Source: Trichormus sp. ATA11-4-KO1
GTDB taxonomy: Bacteria > Cyanobacteriota > Cyanobacteriia > Cyanobacteriales > Nostocaceae
Length of the DNA: 49,313 nucleotides
Direction: 5' to 3'
NCBI GenBank assembly: GCA_019358915.1
Contig: JAHHIM010000034.1
Coordinates: forward strand, 1 to 49,313
Under the pieces are notes generated by a model. The model was not told the DNA's origin and did no database searches. It saw nothing but the letters and a program-made list of their open reading frames with translations. Every line of letters begins with the position of its first letter. The first letter of the stretch is position 1. Below are positions 19,737 to 30,452 of this stretch, one piece after another. Made by a program: the position numbers and the translations under genes.

Positions 19737-19886
19737 TCTTACTTCACAGTTGCTTTGAGCAATGGGAAAACAAATATTCATTGATTCTCTATGAGTCTGG
19801 GCATCTTGGCAACAGTCTTTGTGTCTTTGTAGTTTAAAAGTTATTTTTTACCACTAAGACACTAAGAAGAATGCATTATACCTTAA

Positions 19887-21932
19887 CTACTTACCGTTGC
19901 CGTTACTACCATTACCATTGCTAGCAAGGACACGTTCAGCCAGTTTCTCTGGTACTTCCTGGAGATGGTCATATTCCCAATGGAAAGAACCAACGCCAAG
20001 AGTGAGCGATCGCAGCTCGACAATAAAGTTTTGCATCTCTGCTTGGGGCAAGTATGCCGCTACATTATCCCAACCTTGCCAATCATTTCTGCCCTCATAG
20101 CCTAAAATCTGCCCGCGTCTACCACTTAGTAGTTGCAGCACCTTGGAGGTAAATTCGCTAGGTGTCGTCACTTCCACCCGCAAAATCGGTTCTAAGAGGA
20201 TAGGCTGACCTTTGGGTATACCTGTTTGCATTGCCAATCTGGCAGCTTGCTTAAATGCTTGTTCAGAACTATCAACACTGTGGTAAGAACCATTGGTCAA
20301 AGTTACTGCGACATCCACTATGGGGAAACCCAAAGGCCCATGTGTCAGAAACTCCCGCACGCCCATTTCTACACCAGGGATATACTGTCTAGGAACTACG
20401 CCACCGACAATGGTTTCTTTGAAGTTAAAGCCTTCTCCCCGTGGTAAGGGCTGAATATCCAGAAAAACATCCCCAAACTGACCGTGACCACCGCTTTGAT
20501 GCTTATAGCGCCCATGAACTGATGCAACTGATTTACGGATGGTTTCTTTATATGGCACTTGCGGTAGGTGGGTTGTCATGGGCAAGTTATACTTGCGGCG
20601 CAGTCTGTCTAGGGCGACTTGCAAATGAATCTCACCTTGACCCCAAAGGATCACTTCGTGGGTGTCGCCATGTTGTTCCCAAGCTAAGGAAGGATCTTCT
20701 TCTAACAACTTGGTGATAGCACTGCTGAGTTTTACTTCATCGTTGCGTTTTTCTGGTGTAATAGCCAAAGCATAAACTGGTTCCAACTGTTCAGCTTTGG
20801 GTAATTCCTGCACCTGTGGCTCACTGGAAATTGTCTCGCCTGTCTTGACACCCTCCAAACGGCTCAAAGCGACAATTTCGCCAGCACCAACTTCATTTGC
20901 TAACTGCTGTTGTTGTCCCATGAGGCGGTAAATTCCACCAGTCCGAACGCCGTTAAGGACAATGCCATCAGTTAATTTGCCTCGCCAAACACGCACTAAG
21001 GAAAGTTTGCCACCTTGGGGAGTATAGTAAGTTTTTAGTACTTGTGCTAGAGGAGTATCGCCTTTGATGTTTTTTAAACGGCGTGCTGCTGTGGTTTCTG
21101 GTTCAGGTGCTTCTCGTTCCAGGGCTTCTAATAAAGGTCTGACACCATAATCTTGTTCTGCTACACCAAAGAAGACGGGGACTACCAAATCTGCCCCTAA
21201 TTCTAGTTTCAAATCCTTGAGGATTTCTTCTTGGGGTGGTTCAATGTCTTCTAATAGTTCTTCGAGTAAGTGATCATCAAAATTTGCTAAAGCTTCGAGC
21301 ATTTCTGCCCGGGCAATGTGTTCTTCTGCTTTTAAACTTTCGGGGAAGGGGATGGAGTCAGCTGGTGCGCCGGCATGATATTGATATGCTTGTTCGCTCA
21401 CCATGTCAATAAAGCCCGTTAGCTGTTCCCCTTGCATAATAGGGTATTGGTGCGCCACCAGTGGCCTGCTAGAAACTGCTTTGAGGGCGTGTAATGTTTC
21501 TAAAACGTGAATATTTGCTCGATCCATTTTATTGACAAAGACGAGATGGGGAATTTCCCAATCGTCGAGGAATTTAAATAGAGGAGCCAAGGTGAGGACG
21601 CGCTCGCGTATGGGTTCACAAACTACAATTGCGGCATCGACTCCTATTAAAGCATTGTATGTTTCTTGGGCAAATTCTACGCTTCCTGGACAGTCAATAA
21701 AGGTGAAACGTGTGTCGTTAAACTCAGTGCTAGCCGTGCTGACCTCTACACTCATGTGGCGATCGCGCGATTCTGCTGCACTATCTCCTACTGTGTTACC
21801 ATCCTTAACATTGCCTTTTCGGGAAATTGCCCCACTGACAAATAACAAGCTTTCTAGTAATGTGGTTTTTCCACTCAAATAAGGACCGACAATTGCAACG
21901 TTCCGCGAACCCGATTTTACTTTTTCGTTCAT
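19887..21932 (-). CDS. Elongation factor G paralogue (EF-G2-like)
   Basis: GPYLSGKTT, NKMD, GQGEIHL, KHQSGGHGQFG, GSYHSVDSSE. Confidence 0.92.
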   Translation of the reverse strand: MNEKVKSGSRNVAIVGPYLSGKTTLLESLLFVSGAISRKGNVKDGNTVGDSAAESRDRHMSVEVSTASTEFNDTRFTFIDCPGSVEFAQETYNALIGVDAAIVVCEPIRERVLTLAPLFKFLDDWEIPHLVFVNKMDRANIHVLETLHALKAVSSRPLVAHQYPIMQGEQLTGFIDMVSEQAYQYHAGAPADSIPFPESLKAEEHIARAEMLEALANFDDHLLEELLEDIEPPQEEILKDLKLELGADLVVPVFFGVAEQDYGVRPLLEALEREAPEPETTAARRLKNIKGDTPLAQVLKTYYTPQGGKLSLVRVWRGKLTDGIVLNGVRTGGIYRLMGQQQQLANEVGAGEIVALSRLEGVKTGETISSEPQVQELPKAEQLEPVYALAITPEKRNDEVKLSSAITKLLEEDPSLAWEQHGDTHEVILWGQGEIHLQVALDRLRRKYNLPMTTHLPQVPYKETIRKSVASVHGRYKHQSGGHGQFGDVFLDIQPLPRGEGFNFKETIVGGVVPRQYIPGVEMGVREFLTHGPLGFPIVDVAVTLTNGSYHSVDSSEQAFKQAARLAMQTGIPKGQPILLEPILRVEVTTPSEFTSKVLQLLSGRRGQILGYEGRNDWQGWDNVAAYLPQAEMQNFIVELRSLTLGVGSFHWEYDHLQEVPEKLAERVLASNGNGSNGNGK

Positions 21933-22212
21933 AAAACCTCCCTTGCGGTAAGTCACTCTTACCCGCGTGATTCTGTACTTTTCAGGGATAAAAAATAGTT
22001 CTCCGAAGGAAGAATCATTCCTTCCTTAACTTGTCATTATCCTTCCTTTAATCACCCGTGAAAAAAATTGTATCCTGTCGTAAGATTTAGCTTAAGAAAC
22101 ATTAAGTAAAACAAACTTTAATGCCAAATCTAAAATTTTTGTAAAAACCTTCTGAATCACAAAACGTTGGATGAAGTAAACGTAGCTAACACTGTTGCGA
22201 GTCAGAGGATCA

Positions 22213-23115
22213 ATGGGATTATCATTCTATAAATATCGCCTAGCCAGAATCGTGAGTTTGATATTAGTAGGTGGGAGTATTCTCTCCTTCTCTCCCCCCT
22301 TACTGGCGCAATATAGTGTTCCCACGGCGACAACTTTGTTAAATCAAGGGTTACAAGCAATTCAGTTGGGAAGGGTACAAGATGCGATCGCGGCTTTTCA
22401 ACAAGCAACTCAGCTAGATCCAAATTTAGCTCCAGCACACTACAATTTGGGGCTAGCACTACGACAAACAGGACAATTAAAGTCGGCTGCTGATGCATTT
22501 TATCGAGCAACCCAAGCTGATCCCAAATTTGCTCTAGCCTTTGCCAATTTAGGCGGAGCGTTGTTAGAAGGTAATAATTTCCAGCAGGCGAATGATTACT
22601 TACAACGAGCTTTAGAACTAGATCCTAAATTGGGTTTCGCTCACTATAACTTGGGTTTAGTACGACAGCAGCAACGAGATTGGGAGAGAGCGATCGCATC
22701 CTTTAAAAAAGCGATGGAATATAGCAAGAATGCACCTGAGCCTGCTTACCATCTAGGAATCTGTTATCTCCAGCAAGGTAAAATGAATCAAGCCAGGAAT
22801 GCTTTTCGCCAAGCAATCAAAATTAATCCTCAATACCCAGAAGCTCACTATAATCTCGGCACAATTTGGTTTAATCAAGGCAATTTAAAAGAAGCATTAG
22901 AGTCCTTTAGAAAATCAGCCGAAGCTAACTCCAACTATCCCCACGCCTATTATGGTGCAGGGTTAGTTTTTATGCAGCAAAAGCAGTATGCAGAAGCAAC
23001 GCAAGTTTTGCAATATGCCAGAGATTTATACAGTGCTCAAGGTAATCCCCAATGGGTAGCAAATACCGAAAAATTGTTACAACAAGTACAAAATTTAAAT
23101 TACCAACCTCGCTGA
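22213..23115 (+). CDS. Exported TPR protein
   Basis: Signal-peptide-like N-terminus; repeated AHYNLG units. Confidence 0.88.
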   Translation: MGLSFYKYRLARIVSLILVGGSILSFSPPLLAQYSVPTATTLLNQGLQAIQLGRVQDAIAAFQQATQLDPNLAPAHYNLGLALRQTGQLKSAADAFYRATQADPKFALAFANLGGALLEGNNFQQANDYLQRALELDPKLGFAHYNLGLVRQQQRDWERAIASFKKAMEYSKNAPEPAYHLGICYLQQGKMNQARNAFRQAIKINPQYPEAHYNLGTIWFNQGNLKEALESFRKSAEANSNYPHAYYGAGLVFMQQKQYAEATQVLQYARDLYSAQGNPQWVANTEKLLQQVQNLNYQPR

Positions 23116-23204
23116 GGCGCGATCGCTTAACTTTACATAATATTAAATTAATGGTGGACTAGCTGGTGTGGTCTGAACTTGACCAGATGGGAATGGAAAA
23201 ATAA

Positions 23205-23714
23205 ATGTACAAGCGCTTCAAGAGTCGATTTTTATTTTGCGATCGCTGGCTTGATCGACACACAATTGTTCGCAACATGGAAGCTTTCCAGGACTTGATT
23301 GTGATTATTTTGTGTTTTGGTTTGTTTGCCATCATGCTGATACAGTTGTGGGGCATATTTATCGCCATCACACGCTCACTAGACTATAAACTTGTGACTG
23401 CAAAAGTACTATTTGTGTTGATTATGGTCGAGTTATTTCGACTATTAATGGTCTACTTGCAAGAACATAGTATTTCTGTGGGAGTAGCCGTTGAGGTGAC
23501 AATTGTATCTCTACTGCGAGAAGTAGTAGTTCACGGAGCGCTGGAAATTTCTTGGGTGAAGACAGCAGCCATTTGTGGTTTGCTGTTTGTTTTGGGTGGT
23601 CTACTGCTTGTCTGTGCCAAAACACCACATATGGATTGTATGAGTGCTAACACAAAGTTTTGCCCTATTAACCATCAAGGAGATAGAGAAAGGCAAAATG
23701 AGCATGGATTCTAG
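23205..23714 (+). CDS. Phosphate-starvation-inducible PsiE family membrane protein
   Basis: LFVLIMVELFRLL..YL..H...VAVEVTIVSLLREVV; four TM segments. Confidence 0.82.
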   Translation: MYKRFKSRFLFCDRWLDRHTIVRNMEAFQDLIVIILCFGLFAIMLIQLWGIFIAITRSLDYKLVTAKVLFVLIMVELFRLLMVYLQEHSISVGVAVEVTIVSLLREVVVHGALEISWVKTAAICGLLFVLGGLLLVCAKTPHMDCMSANTKFCPINHQGDRERQNEHGF

Positions 23715-23980
23715 TATTCGCATCAAGCAGAAATAGGGAACTGCGAACAGGAAAACAATGTTTGTAATTAATTCTGTCTAATTACATACCTATAGCCAAA
23801 ATTTACCTCTCAAAGGGCTTTCATACATCTGCTAGATGGTATATCTTCACCAAAAACCATCAGGTTTAAAACACCGTATTAAAGTTCTATTAGGCGTATC
23901 TTTTTCTACGCTTTTGGGGAGATGAATAATTTTTTCAGGATGAGTAGAAATTAATTAGAAATTTCCAGGAGAGTAAATTT

Positions 23981-24220
23981 ATGACCACAGGTAACGGACA
24001 TTCTCAACAACCAATTAGCAACCTAGAGTATGACTTTATCACCGTGTTGCACAACAAGGCTGAAGCAGTAAAGGCGTATGAATCTTACATCAAAGATGCA
24101 CAGGAAGTTAACTCCCAACCATGTGTAGAATTATTTCAAAAATTGCGGCAATCTGAAATCGAGCAAGCACAAGAGATTCGCCACCATCTGCAAGAAGTGA
24201 TGCAGCACGGGAAGATGTAA
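23981..24220 (+). CDS. Small helical (ferritin-like) hypothetical protein
   Basis: AGGAG RBS; NLEYDFITVLHNKAEAVKAYE.YIKDA. Confidence 0.75.
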   Translation: MTTGNGHSQQPISNLEYDFITVLHNKAEAVKAYESYIKDAQEVNSQPCVELFQKLRQSEIEQAQEIRHHLQEVMQHGKM

Positions 24221-24244
24221 AACTTTTATTTGCCTCTGCAATTT

Positions 24245-25186
24245 CTAGGGAACGCAAAAAAAATGGTTAGTACCAAAACCAACTGCTCTATTGTTGCGGG
24301 ATAGTTCTGCTGCTAGTTGGAGTGCGGCTAGTCTACCAATTGCAGTTTCAAATACTGATGAGAATACAGCATCAATTTCATGCTGTTGGCAAAACTGCCG
24401 TAGACGAGAAGGTGAACCCGCTATTGCTGGTTTAATCACAAAAATATCCCGCCAACCTTGTTGGAAACAGTAGTTAAGTTGGTGGAGTGTGGCCACTGAT
24501 TCATCTAAAGCGATCGCAGTTTCATAGCGGGTACTCAGTGCTAACATTTGCGGAAATTGCTCAACAGGTAACGGTTGTTCGAGAAATTCAATATTTGTCT
24601 GGAAATTTTCACAAGTTTGCAGCCATAGATTAGCTTCCTCATAGCTCAGTCCACCATTGGCATCTAATCGTAATTTAGTCGAAGCTGGTAAGGAATGGAT
24701 GAGTAAGTCAAAAATTGCCAATTCCTGAGCGATCGCATCCACACCAATTTTCCATTTAAACGTGCGAAACCCCTGCCGCCACAGTGTTTCCCATTGACTT
24801 AATGCCACTTCCCCAGCCGCTAGTAAACCACTATAAGTGAGAAATTGGGCATTGGTTATTCCCCCATCCCCTTGTCCCCTTGTCCCCTTATCCCCCACTC
24901 CCTCTAACGCTGATTCAAAACCAAATTGACAAGCAGGTAATTCATCTGGGATAGAGTAAATTATCTCTGCTGTAATTTCTTGTGGTAGTTGGCGACAAAA
25001 ATCTAAAGCTTGTTCTAGGGTTTCGGAACCAAACCAGCTAATGGGGGCAATTTCCCCCCAGCCGATACCTGTTTCATTATGCAAACGGAGAATAATACCC
25101 TCGCGGATTTCCCAGATACCGTGACTGGTAGCTAGCGGTTGCAAAAATCTTTGCCGATAAGGACTAAATCCCCACTGATAAACCAT
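24245..25186 (-). CDS. menC: o-succinylbenzoate synthase
   Basis: FKWKIG, LRLDANG, EQP, ALDES, IKP; overlaps the menA stop. Confidence 0.92.
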   Translation of the reverse strand: MVYQWGFSPYRQRFLQPLATSHGIWEIREGIILRLHNETGIGWGEIAPISWFGSETLEQALDFCRQLPQEITAEIIYSIPDELPACQFGFESALEGVGDKGTRGQGDGGITNAQFLTYSGLLAAGEVALSQWETLWRQGFRTFKWKIGVDAIAQELAIFDLLIHSLPASTKLRLDANGGLSYEEANLWLQTCENFQTNIEFLEQPLPVEQFPQMLALSTRYETAIALDESVATLHQLNYCFQQGWRDIFVIKPAIAGSPSRLRQFCQQHEIDAVFSSVFETAIGRLAALQLAAELSRNNRAVGFGTNHFFCVP

Positions 25187-26091
25187 TAACGGCCTGCCAG
25201 CATGAATCCTATACCGAACAGCAAGCAACACCAAAAGTGCATGTTGACGGCGATGAATTTACAGTTACTGACTTTTTCTGGTAGGTGATGATTTTGCTGG
25301 ACGTGGCGGCATAACTTCCAGGCATAGGGTAAACTTAACCAACTCAACAGCGTCCACACTGGGAACATTCCCCACATGACAAATAGCAAAGTCAGGGGAT
25401 AAATACTGCCTGTAAACCAACATAGTAATTGGGCAGCTTTTGCCGTGCCCAGACGCACCACAGGCGATCGCTTGCCTGCGGCTATGTCATCTTTAACTTG
25501 GTGAAAGTGTGAGCAAAACAAAATTAAGCTGGTGACAATTCCCACAATCACCGAGGCTGCTAAACTGGTGATTGACCAAGTTTGTGTTTGGCTATAGTAT
25601 GCTGCTGCGACGGCTAAAGGCCCAAAAGCAAAAAAGCAAAGAATTTCACCTAAACCCTGGTATCCTAAGCGAAAGGGAGGCCCTTGGTAAGTATAGCCCA
25701 AGGCACAGCATAGCAGAATTATGCCGATGATAGTTAGGTCTTTTTGCCAAGTTGCGATCGCTAGTATTCCCAACAAACCTGAAACTAAACACAAGTTTCC
25801 TAGCCAGAATATTAATAGCTTATTGCCAGTTATGTTAACTAAAGAATGGTGTTTATTTTGATCAATTCCTGTTTCTGAATCAAAGACATCATTACTAATA
25901 TTTTCCCAGGCCAAAATTAAAATTGCCGCAGCTACAAAAGTAGAAAATATTACTAAATTTAAAATTTTAGTTTCCGCAAAAGCGATTGCTGTCCCTACCC
26001 AAATAGGCATAATAGCAACGCTGTACATCGGCGGTTTAATTGCCGCCATCCATAATTTAATTTGAGGATTTGAAACCTGCTTTCTAGTCAT
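25186..26091 (-). CDS. menA: DHNA phytyltransferase
   Basis: AAIKPPMY, NDVFD..TGID, DDIAAGKRS; UbiA family. Confidence 0.94.
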   Translation of the reverse strand: MTRKQVSNPQIKLWMAAIKPPMYSVAIMPIWVGTAIAFAETKILNLVIFSTFVAAAILILAWENISNDVFDSETGIDQNKHHSLVNITGNKLLIFWLGNLCLVSGLLGILAIATWQKDLTIIGIILLCCALGYTYQGPPFRLGYQGLGEILCFFAFGPLAVAAAYYSQTQTWSITSLAASVIVGIVTSLILFCSHFHQVKDDIAAGKRSPVVRLGTAKAAQLLCWFTGSIYPLTLLFVMWGMFPVWTLLSWLSLPYAWKLCRHVQQNHHLPEKVSNCKFIAVNMHFWCCLLFGIGFMLAGR

Positions 26092-26401
26092 CAGCCGTGA
26101 TTAATTAGATTACTAGAACCTTACTCATATGTGAAATTTTATGGTTTTTCGAGACACCAGATGCTGCTTATGTGCCAAAATCTATAGCTTTTGCCGTGGT
26201 TGGTTAATCTCCTCTTAGTAACACTCACTTTTTGGCTGCAACCCAAAACTGGGTATGGCTGATCAGCGTTGAGGAACACCATAAATAAAGCAAACCATAC
26301 TCTGGTGAAGTGGCAACTGAATATGTTACCTGTAGAAATACGACCACGTTTAATTACACTTTAGGAAGTTAACTTAAAAAAAGTTTACTATTGCTATATC
26401 C

Positions 26402-27817
26402 ATGACAGTTTCACCATGTCGCAGCAACTTCTTGGTCAAAAACAAAGACCTATATCAATTTCTGTTAACCGTGCAGGAAAATTGTCTCCAAAACAATTGT
26501 AGGCAAATTGTGAGTATTTCGCTGGATCTTGACTGGGTAGATCCCTTAGTTGTATTAGATAAACTTACGCAAGCAAATGAAATAAATTTTTACTTTGAGA
26601 ATAAAGGCAAAGGAGAAGCGATCGCGGCCATTGATACTGTAGCAAAACTACAAATTGATGGCAAAGAGCGTTTTACTCAAGCTGAGTATTTTATCAAATC
26701 TTGTCTAAAAAATATAATTAATTTTGGTAGTAATAACCAACCTTTTGCTGGTGCGCACTTTTTTTGCTACTTTAGTTTTTTTGACCAAAATACTCAAGCA
26801 GATTATCCATTTCCTTCTGCTACCATTTTTCTACCCAGTTGGCAAATAGCTGTAAAAAACCAGCGCTGCACATTAGTAAAGAATATAGTTATCAACGCCA
26901 GCGTCAATGTAGAAAAGATATTGCAGAATTTACAGAGCAAAATCGCACTGATTCAATCTTTAGAATCTTCTTCTCCAAATCTAGATGTTTTTCCCACAAA
27001 AATTAGCAAAAAGTCCGTCACTAATTCCACAGATTTTAAACGCTCAATAGTGTCTGCTTTAGAAAAAATTCGGTCTAGTCATTTAAGTAAAATTGTGCTA
27101 GCAAATGCCTTAGATGTGAAATCAAATAATTATTTTAATTTATTTAAATCATTAAATAATCTCCGACAAATACATCCTAATTGTTATATTTTTTCCACCA
27201 GCAATGGCAAGGGACAACATTTTATAGGAGCAAGTCCAGAACGATTAATTAGTATTAATAATAAACAATTAATTACTGATGCTTTAGCTGGTTCTGCACC
27301 TAGAGGAAAAACACCTGCTGAAGATGCAGCTAATGCCAATCGCCTATTAAATAGTGAAAAAGAAAGACACGAACATTCCCTAGTGATTGATTTCATTACT
27401 CAACGCCTATCTCAGTTAAATTTGTTACCCCAAGTATTAGCACCGCGCCTCAGACAATTATCTAACATCCAGCATCTATGGACACCAATCAGCGCCATAG
27501 TTCCGGCTCACATACACCCTTTAAAGATTGTCTCTCAACTGCATCCTACACCAGCCGTAGCCGGTGCAGCGAGAGATTTTGCCTGTGCAGAAATTCGTCG
27601 TTATGAAAGCTTTGAGAGGGGTTTATATGCTGCCCCTCTAGGTTGGATAAACTCTCAAGGGAATTGTGAGTTTATTGTCGGCATTCGTTCAGCTTTAATA
27701 GATGGCGATCGCGCCAGGTTGTATGCTGGTGCTGGTATCGTTGCTGGTTCTGATCCTGATAAAGAATTTGCAGAGGTACAACTTAAGCTTCAAGCTTTGC
27801 TCAAAGCATTGGTTTAA
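26402..27817 (+). CDS. menF: Isochorismate synthase
   Basis: GASPERL, ALAGS, LHPTPAV, AGAGIV. Confidence 0.93.
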   Translation: MTVSPCRSNFLVKNKDLYQFLLTVQENCLQNNCRQIVSISLDLDWVDPLVVLDKLTQANEINFYFENKGKGEAIAAIDTVAKLQIDGKERFTQAEYFIKSCLKNIINFGSNNQPFAGAHFFCYFSFFDQNTQADYPFPSATIFLPSWQIAVKNQRCTLVKNIVINASVNVEKILQNLQSKIALIQSLESSSPNLDVFPTKISKKSVTNSTDFKRSIVSALEKIRSSHLSKIVLANALDVKSNNYFNLFKSLNNLRQIHPNCYIFSTSNGKGQHFIGASPERLISINNKQLITDALAGSAPRGKTPAEDAANANRLLNSEKERHEHSLVIDFITQRLSQLNLLPQVLAPRLRQLSNIQHLWTPISAIVPAHIHPLKIVSQLHPTPAVAGAARDFACAEIRRYESFERGLYAAPLGWINSQGNCEFIVGIRSALIDGDRARLYAGAGIVAGSDPDKEFAEVQLKLQALLKALV

Positions 27818-27828
27818 ATCTTTCAAAA

Positions 27829-27866
27829 TAAAAAACGCCTCTCATTTTCTGAGGGGCGTTTTTTAT
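27829..27866. terminator. Bidirectional intrinsic terminator between menF and psbA
   Basis: AAAAAACGCCTCTCA-tttt-cTGAGGGGCGTTTTTT. Confidence 0.88.
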
Positions 27867-27883
27867 TGAATTAAGCTTTACGA

Positions 27884-28966
27884 TTAGCCATTGATAGCAG
27901 GAGCGCTGATTGCAACAGGAGCGCTATCACCAGCAGCCAAATCCAAGGGGAAGTTGTGAGCATTACGCTCGTGCATCACTTCCATACCCAGGTTAGCGCG
28001 GTTGATTACGTCTGCCCAAGTAGCGATGACGCGACCTTGAGAATCAATCACAGACTGGTTGAAGTTGAAACCGTTCAAGTTGAACGCCATGGTGCTGACA
28101 CCCAGTGCGGTAAACCAGATACCGATGACAGGCCATGCAGCTAGGAAGAAGTGCAAGGAACGGCTGTTGTTGAAAGAAGCGTATTGGAAGATTAACCGAC
28201 CGAAGTAACCATGTGCAGCAACAATGTTGTAGGTTTCTTCTTCTTGACCGAACTTGTAACCGTAGTTCTGTGATTCGTTTTCTGTGGTTTCACGAACTAA
28301 GGAAGAAGTAACTAGTGAACCGTGCATTGCAGAGAACAAGCTACCACCGAAGACACCAGCCACACCTAACATGTGGAAGGGGTGCATTAAGATGTTGTGT
28401 TCTGCTTGGAAGACGATCATGAAGTTGAAGGTACCGGAGATACCCAAGGGCATACCATCAGAGAATGAACCTTGTCCGATGGGGTATACCAAGAAGACTG
28501 CGGTAGCTGCTGCTACTGGTGCGGAGAATGCTAGGCAAATCCAAGGACGCATACCTAAGCGGTAGGATAGTTCCCATTCACGTCCTAAGTAGCAGAATAC
28601 GCCAGTTAAGAAGTGGAAGATGACTAGTTGGTAAGGACCACCGTTGTACAGCCACTCATCTAAGGATGCTGCTTCCCAGATGGGGTAGAAGTGTAAGCCG
28701 ATAGCGTTGGAGGAAGGTACTACTGCACCGGAGATGATGTTGTTTCCGTAGAGTAAGGAACCTGCTACTGGTTCGCGGATACCGTCGATGTCTACTGGGG
28801 GTGCGGCGATGAAGGCGATGATGAAGCAGGTGGTTGCTGCTAGGAGGGTGGGGATCATTAATACGCCGAACCAGCCGATGTATAGGCGGTTGTTGGTGCT
28901 GGTGATCCACTCGCAGAAGCGATCCCATACGTTGGCGCTGGTGCGCTGTTGTAAGGTTGCGGTCAT
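27884..28966 (-). CDS. psbA: Photosystem II D1 protein (standard 360-aa form, Glu130)
   Basis: Canonical D1 sequence; [21 protein letters not shown] followed by the C-terminal extension. Confidence 0.99.
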   Translation of the reverse strand: MTATLQQRTSANVWDRFCEWITSTNNRLYIGWFGVLMIPTLLAATTCFIIAFIAAPPVDIDGIREPVAGSLLYGNNIISGAVVPSSNAIGLHFYPIWEAASLDEWLYNGGPYQLVIFHFLTGVFCYLGREWELSYRLGMRPWICLAFSAPVAAATAVFLVYPIGQGSFSDGMPLGISGTFNFMIVFQAEHNILMHPFHMLGVAGVFGGSLFSAMHGSLVTSSLVRETTENESQNYGYKFGQEEETYNIVAAHGYFGRLIFQYASFNNSRSLHFFLAAWPVIGIWFTALGVSTMAFNLNGFNFNQSVIDSQGRVIATWADVINRANLGMEVMHERNAHNFPLDLAAGDSAPVAISAPAING

Positions 28967-29027
28967 GTTTTTATGATTGCGGTTGCTTGTGTATAAATCA
29001 GGCGGTTTTGTTTTTGCCTGTGAACTT

Positions 29028-29056
29028 ATGTTACGAAGTTTATTGCGTTTTGTAAA
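29028..29056 (-). promoter_or_regulatory. psbA sigma70-type promoter
   Basis: Minus strand TTTACA-17 nt-TAACAT. Confidence 0.75.
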
Positions 29057-29254
29057 GTAATTTGAGAAAAAATTTTTGAATAACCCTGTAGAAAACCCTG
29101 AAACGCCCTTGCTTTAAGGTAAGTGAAGCCTGAAGAGATAAAATTTATCAAGTGCGATCGCGATCGCGTGGCGTAACAATCATATATATGATACGTGCTA
29201 GGAGAAAGCACCTCTGGGATATTAACAATGTAGTACCCCTATTTAAGGTGTCTT

Positions 29255-30220
29255 ATGCTCATCTCTCATACTCGCACCGTTACATATAGCCCTGCTCATA
29301 CAATCGTTCCCACTTATGAGTGCTTTAATCGCTGCACCTACTGCAACTTTCGCACCGAACCCGGTCAAAGTCCCTGGATGACTGTATCAGCAGCAGAAAG
29401 TATTTTGCTACAACTGCAAAACCAGAAAACCTGTGAAATCCTCATCCTCAGTGGTGAAGTACATCCCCATTCATCAAAGCGTCAGACGTGGTTTGAGCGA
29501 ATTTATGATTTGTGTGCATTAGCACTAGCAATGGGATTTTTACCACATACAAATGCGGGTCTATTGAGTTTTGAGGAAATGCAAAAGCTGAAGAATGTTA
29601 ATGTTTCCATGGGTTTGATGCTGGAACAGCTAACCCCAGCATTGTTGAACACTGTACATCGCCACGCACCGAGTAAATTACCTCAAGTCAGGTTGCAACA
29701 ATTACAATGGGCCGGAGAGTTGCAGATTCCCTTTACAACGGGTTTACTCTTAGGAATTGGGGAAACTGAGCATGATTGGTGGGAAACTTTAGCTGCCATA
29801 TCTGACTTACATCAGCGTTACCATCATATCCAAGAAGTAATTCTGCAACCCCACAGTCCGGGGAATCAGCAAACCTTTAATGCACCACCATTTGATCCTT
29901 ATCAACTACCAGACGTTATTGCTAAAGCACGTCAGATTTTACCGTTAGATATTACGATTCAAATTCCCCCCAATTTAGTTAAAGATGAGCGATGGTTACT
30001 CGCTTGTATAAAAGCTGGTGCAAGAGATTTAGGGGGAATTAGCCCCAAAGATGAAGTAAACCCTGATTATCCTCATCTTCAAGAGCAGACATTGAGAGAA
30101 ATTTTACAACCTGCGGGCTGGGATTTAGTACCACGATTACCCGTATATCCGCATCTTGATCATTGGTTATCTGGGGAGTTACAGACGGTGGTGCAGCACT
30201 GGCGAACTCCTAAGAAATAG
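29255..30220 (+). CDS. cofG: FO (8-HDF) synthase subunit CofG, radical SAM
   Basis: VTYSPA..IVPTYECFNRCTYCNF; PFTTGLLLGIGE; DLGGI.P.DEVNP. Confidence 0.92.
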   Translation: MLISHTRTVTYSPAHTIVPTYECFNRCTYCNFRTEPGQSPWMTVSAAESILLQLQNQKTCEILILSGEVHPHSSKRQTWFERIYDLCALALAMGFLPHTNAGLLSFEEMQKLKNVNVSMGLMLEQLTPALLNTVHRHAPSKLPQVRLQQLQWAGELQIPFTTGLLLGIGETEHDWWETLAAISDLHQRYHHIQEVILQPHSPGNQQTFNAPPFDPYQLPDVIAKARQILPLDITIQIPPNLVKDERWLLACIKAGARDLGGISPKDEVNPDYPHLQEQTLREILQPAGWDLVPRLPVYPHLDHWLSGELQTVVQHWRTPKK

Positions 30221-30387
30221 TGCTGAGTGCTGAGTGCTGAGTTACGAGTAAAAAGTACAAAGGAATAAAAAGTCCGGAGGATTCTGTTTCTTTCGCCCTT
30301 CCCGCAGGTGCTCCTTCCTTGGAGACTCACATGATTCAGCTTACCTACAGCTAAGTGCAAGGTAATAATAAATTTAGTCTGTGAGTA

Positions 30388-30412
30388 AAATTTCCCCCTT
30401 TGGGGACGGAAG
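30388..30412 (+). CRISPR. Single degenerate CRISPR-repeat-like unit (no array)
   Basis: AAATTTCCCCCTTTGGGGACGGAAG resembles the cyanobacterial repeat 3' half ATTTCCCCGCAAGGGGACGGAAAC; lies 40 nt upstream of cas6. Confidence 0.6.
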
Positions 30413-30452
30413 TTGATTACAATATTTAATACCCCTTTCATAGCACCCAAGA

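Noticed and set aside
27884..28966. Atypical (rogue, far-red or low-oxygen) D1
   Set aside because: The sequence looks like standard oxygen-evolving D1 with an intact C-terminal ligand region.
30286..30312. CTTTCGCCCTTCCCGCAGG as a second degenerate CRISPR repeat forming a mini-array
   Set aside because: It lacks the GGGGA arm and 3' handle, and lies about 93 nt from the better unit, longer than a typical repeat-spacer period. Not excluded, but unsupported.
30160..30450. 96-aa antisense ORF over the cas6 leader, and the other short ORFs nested in or antisense to long genes
   Set aside because: They cross STRRs or shadow well-supported genes, with no independent coding evidence.
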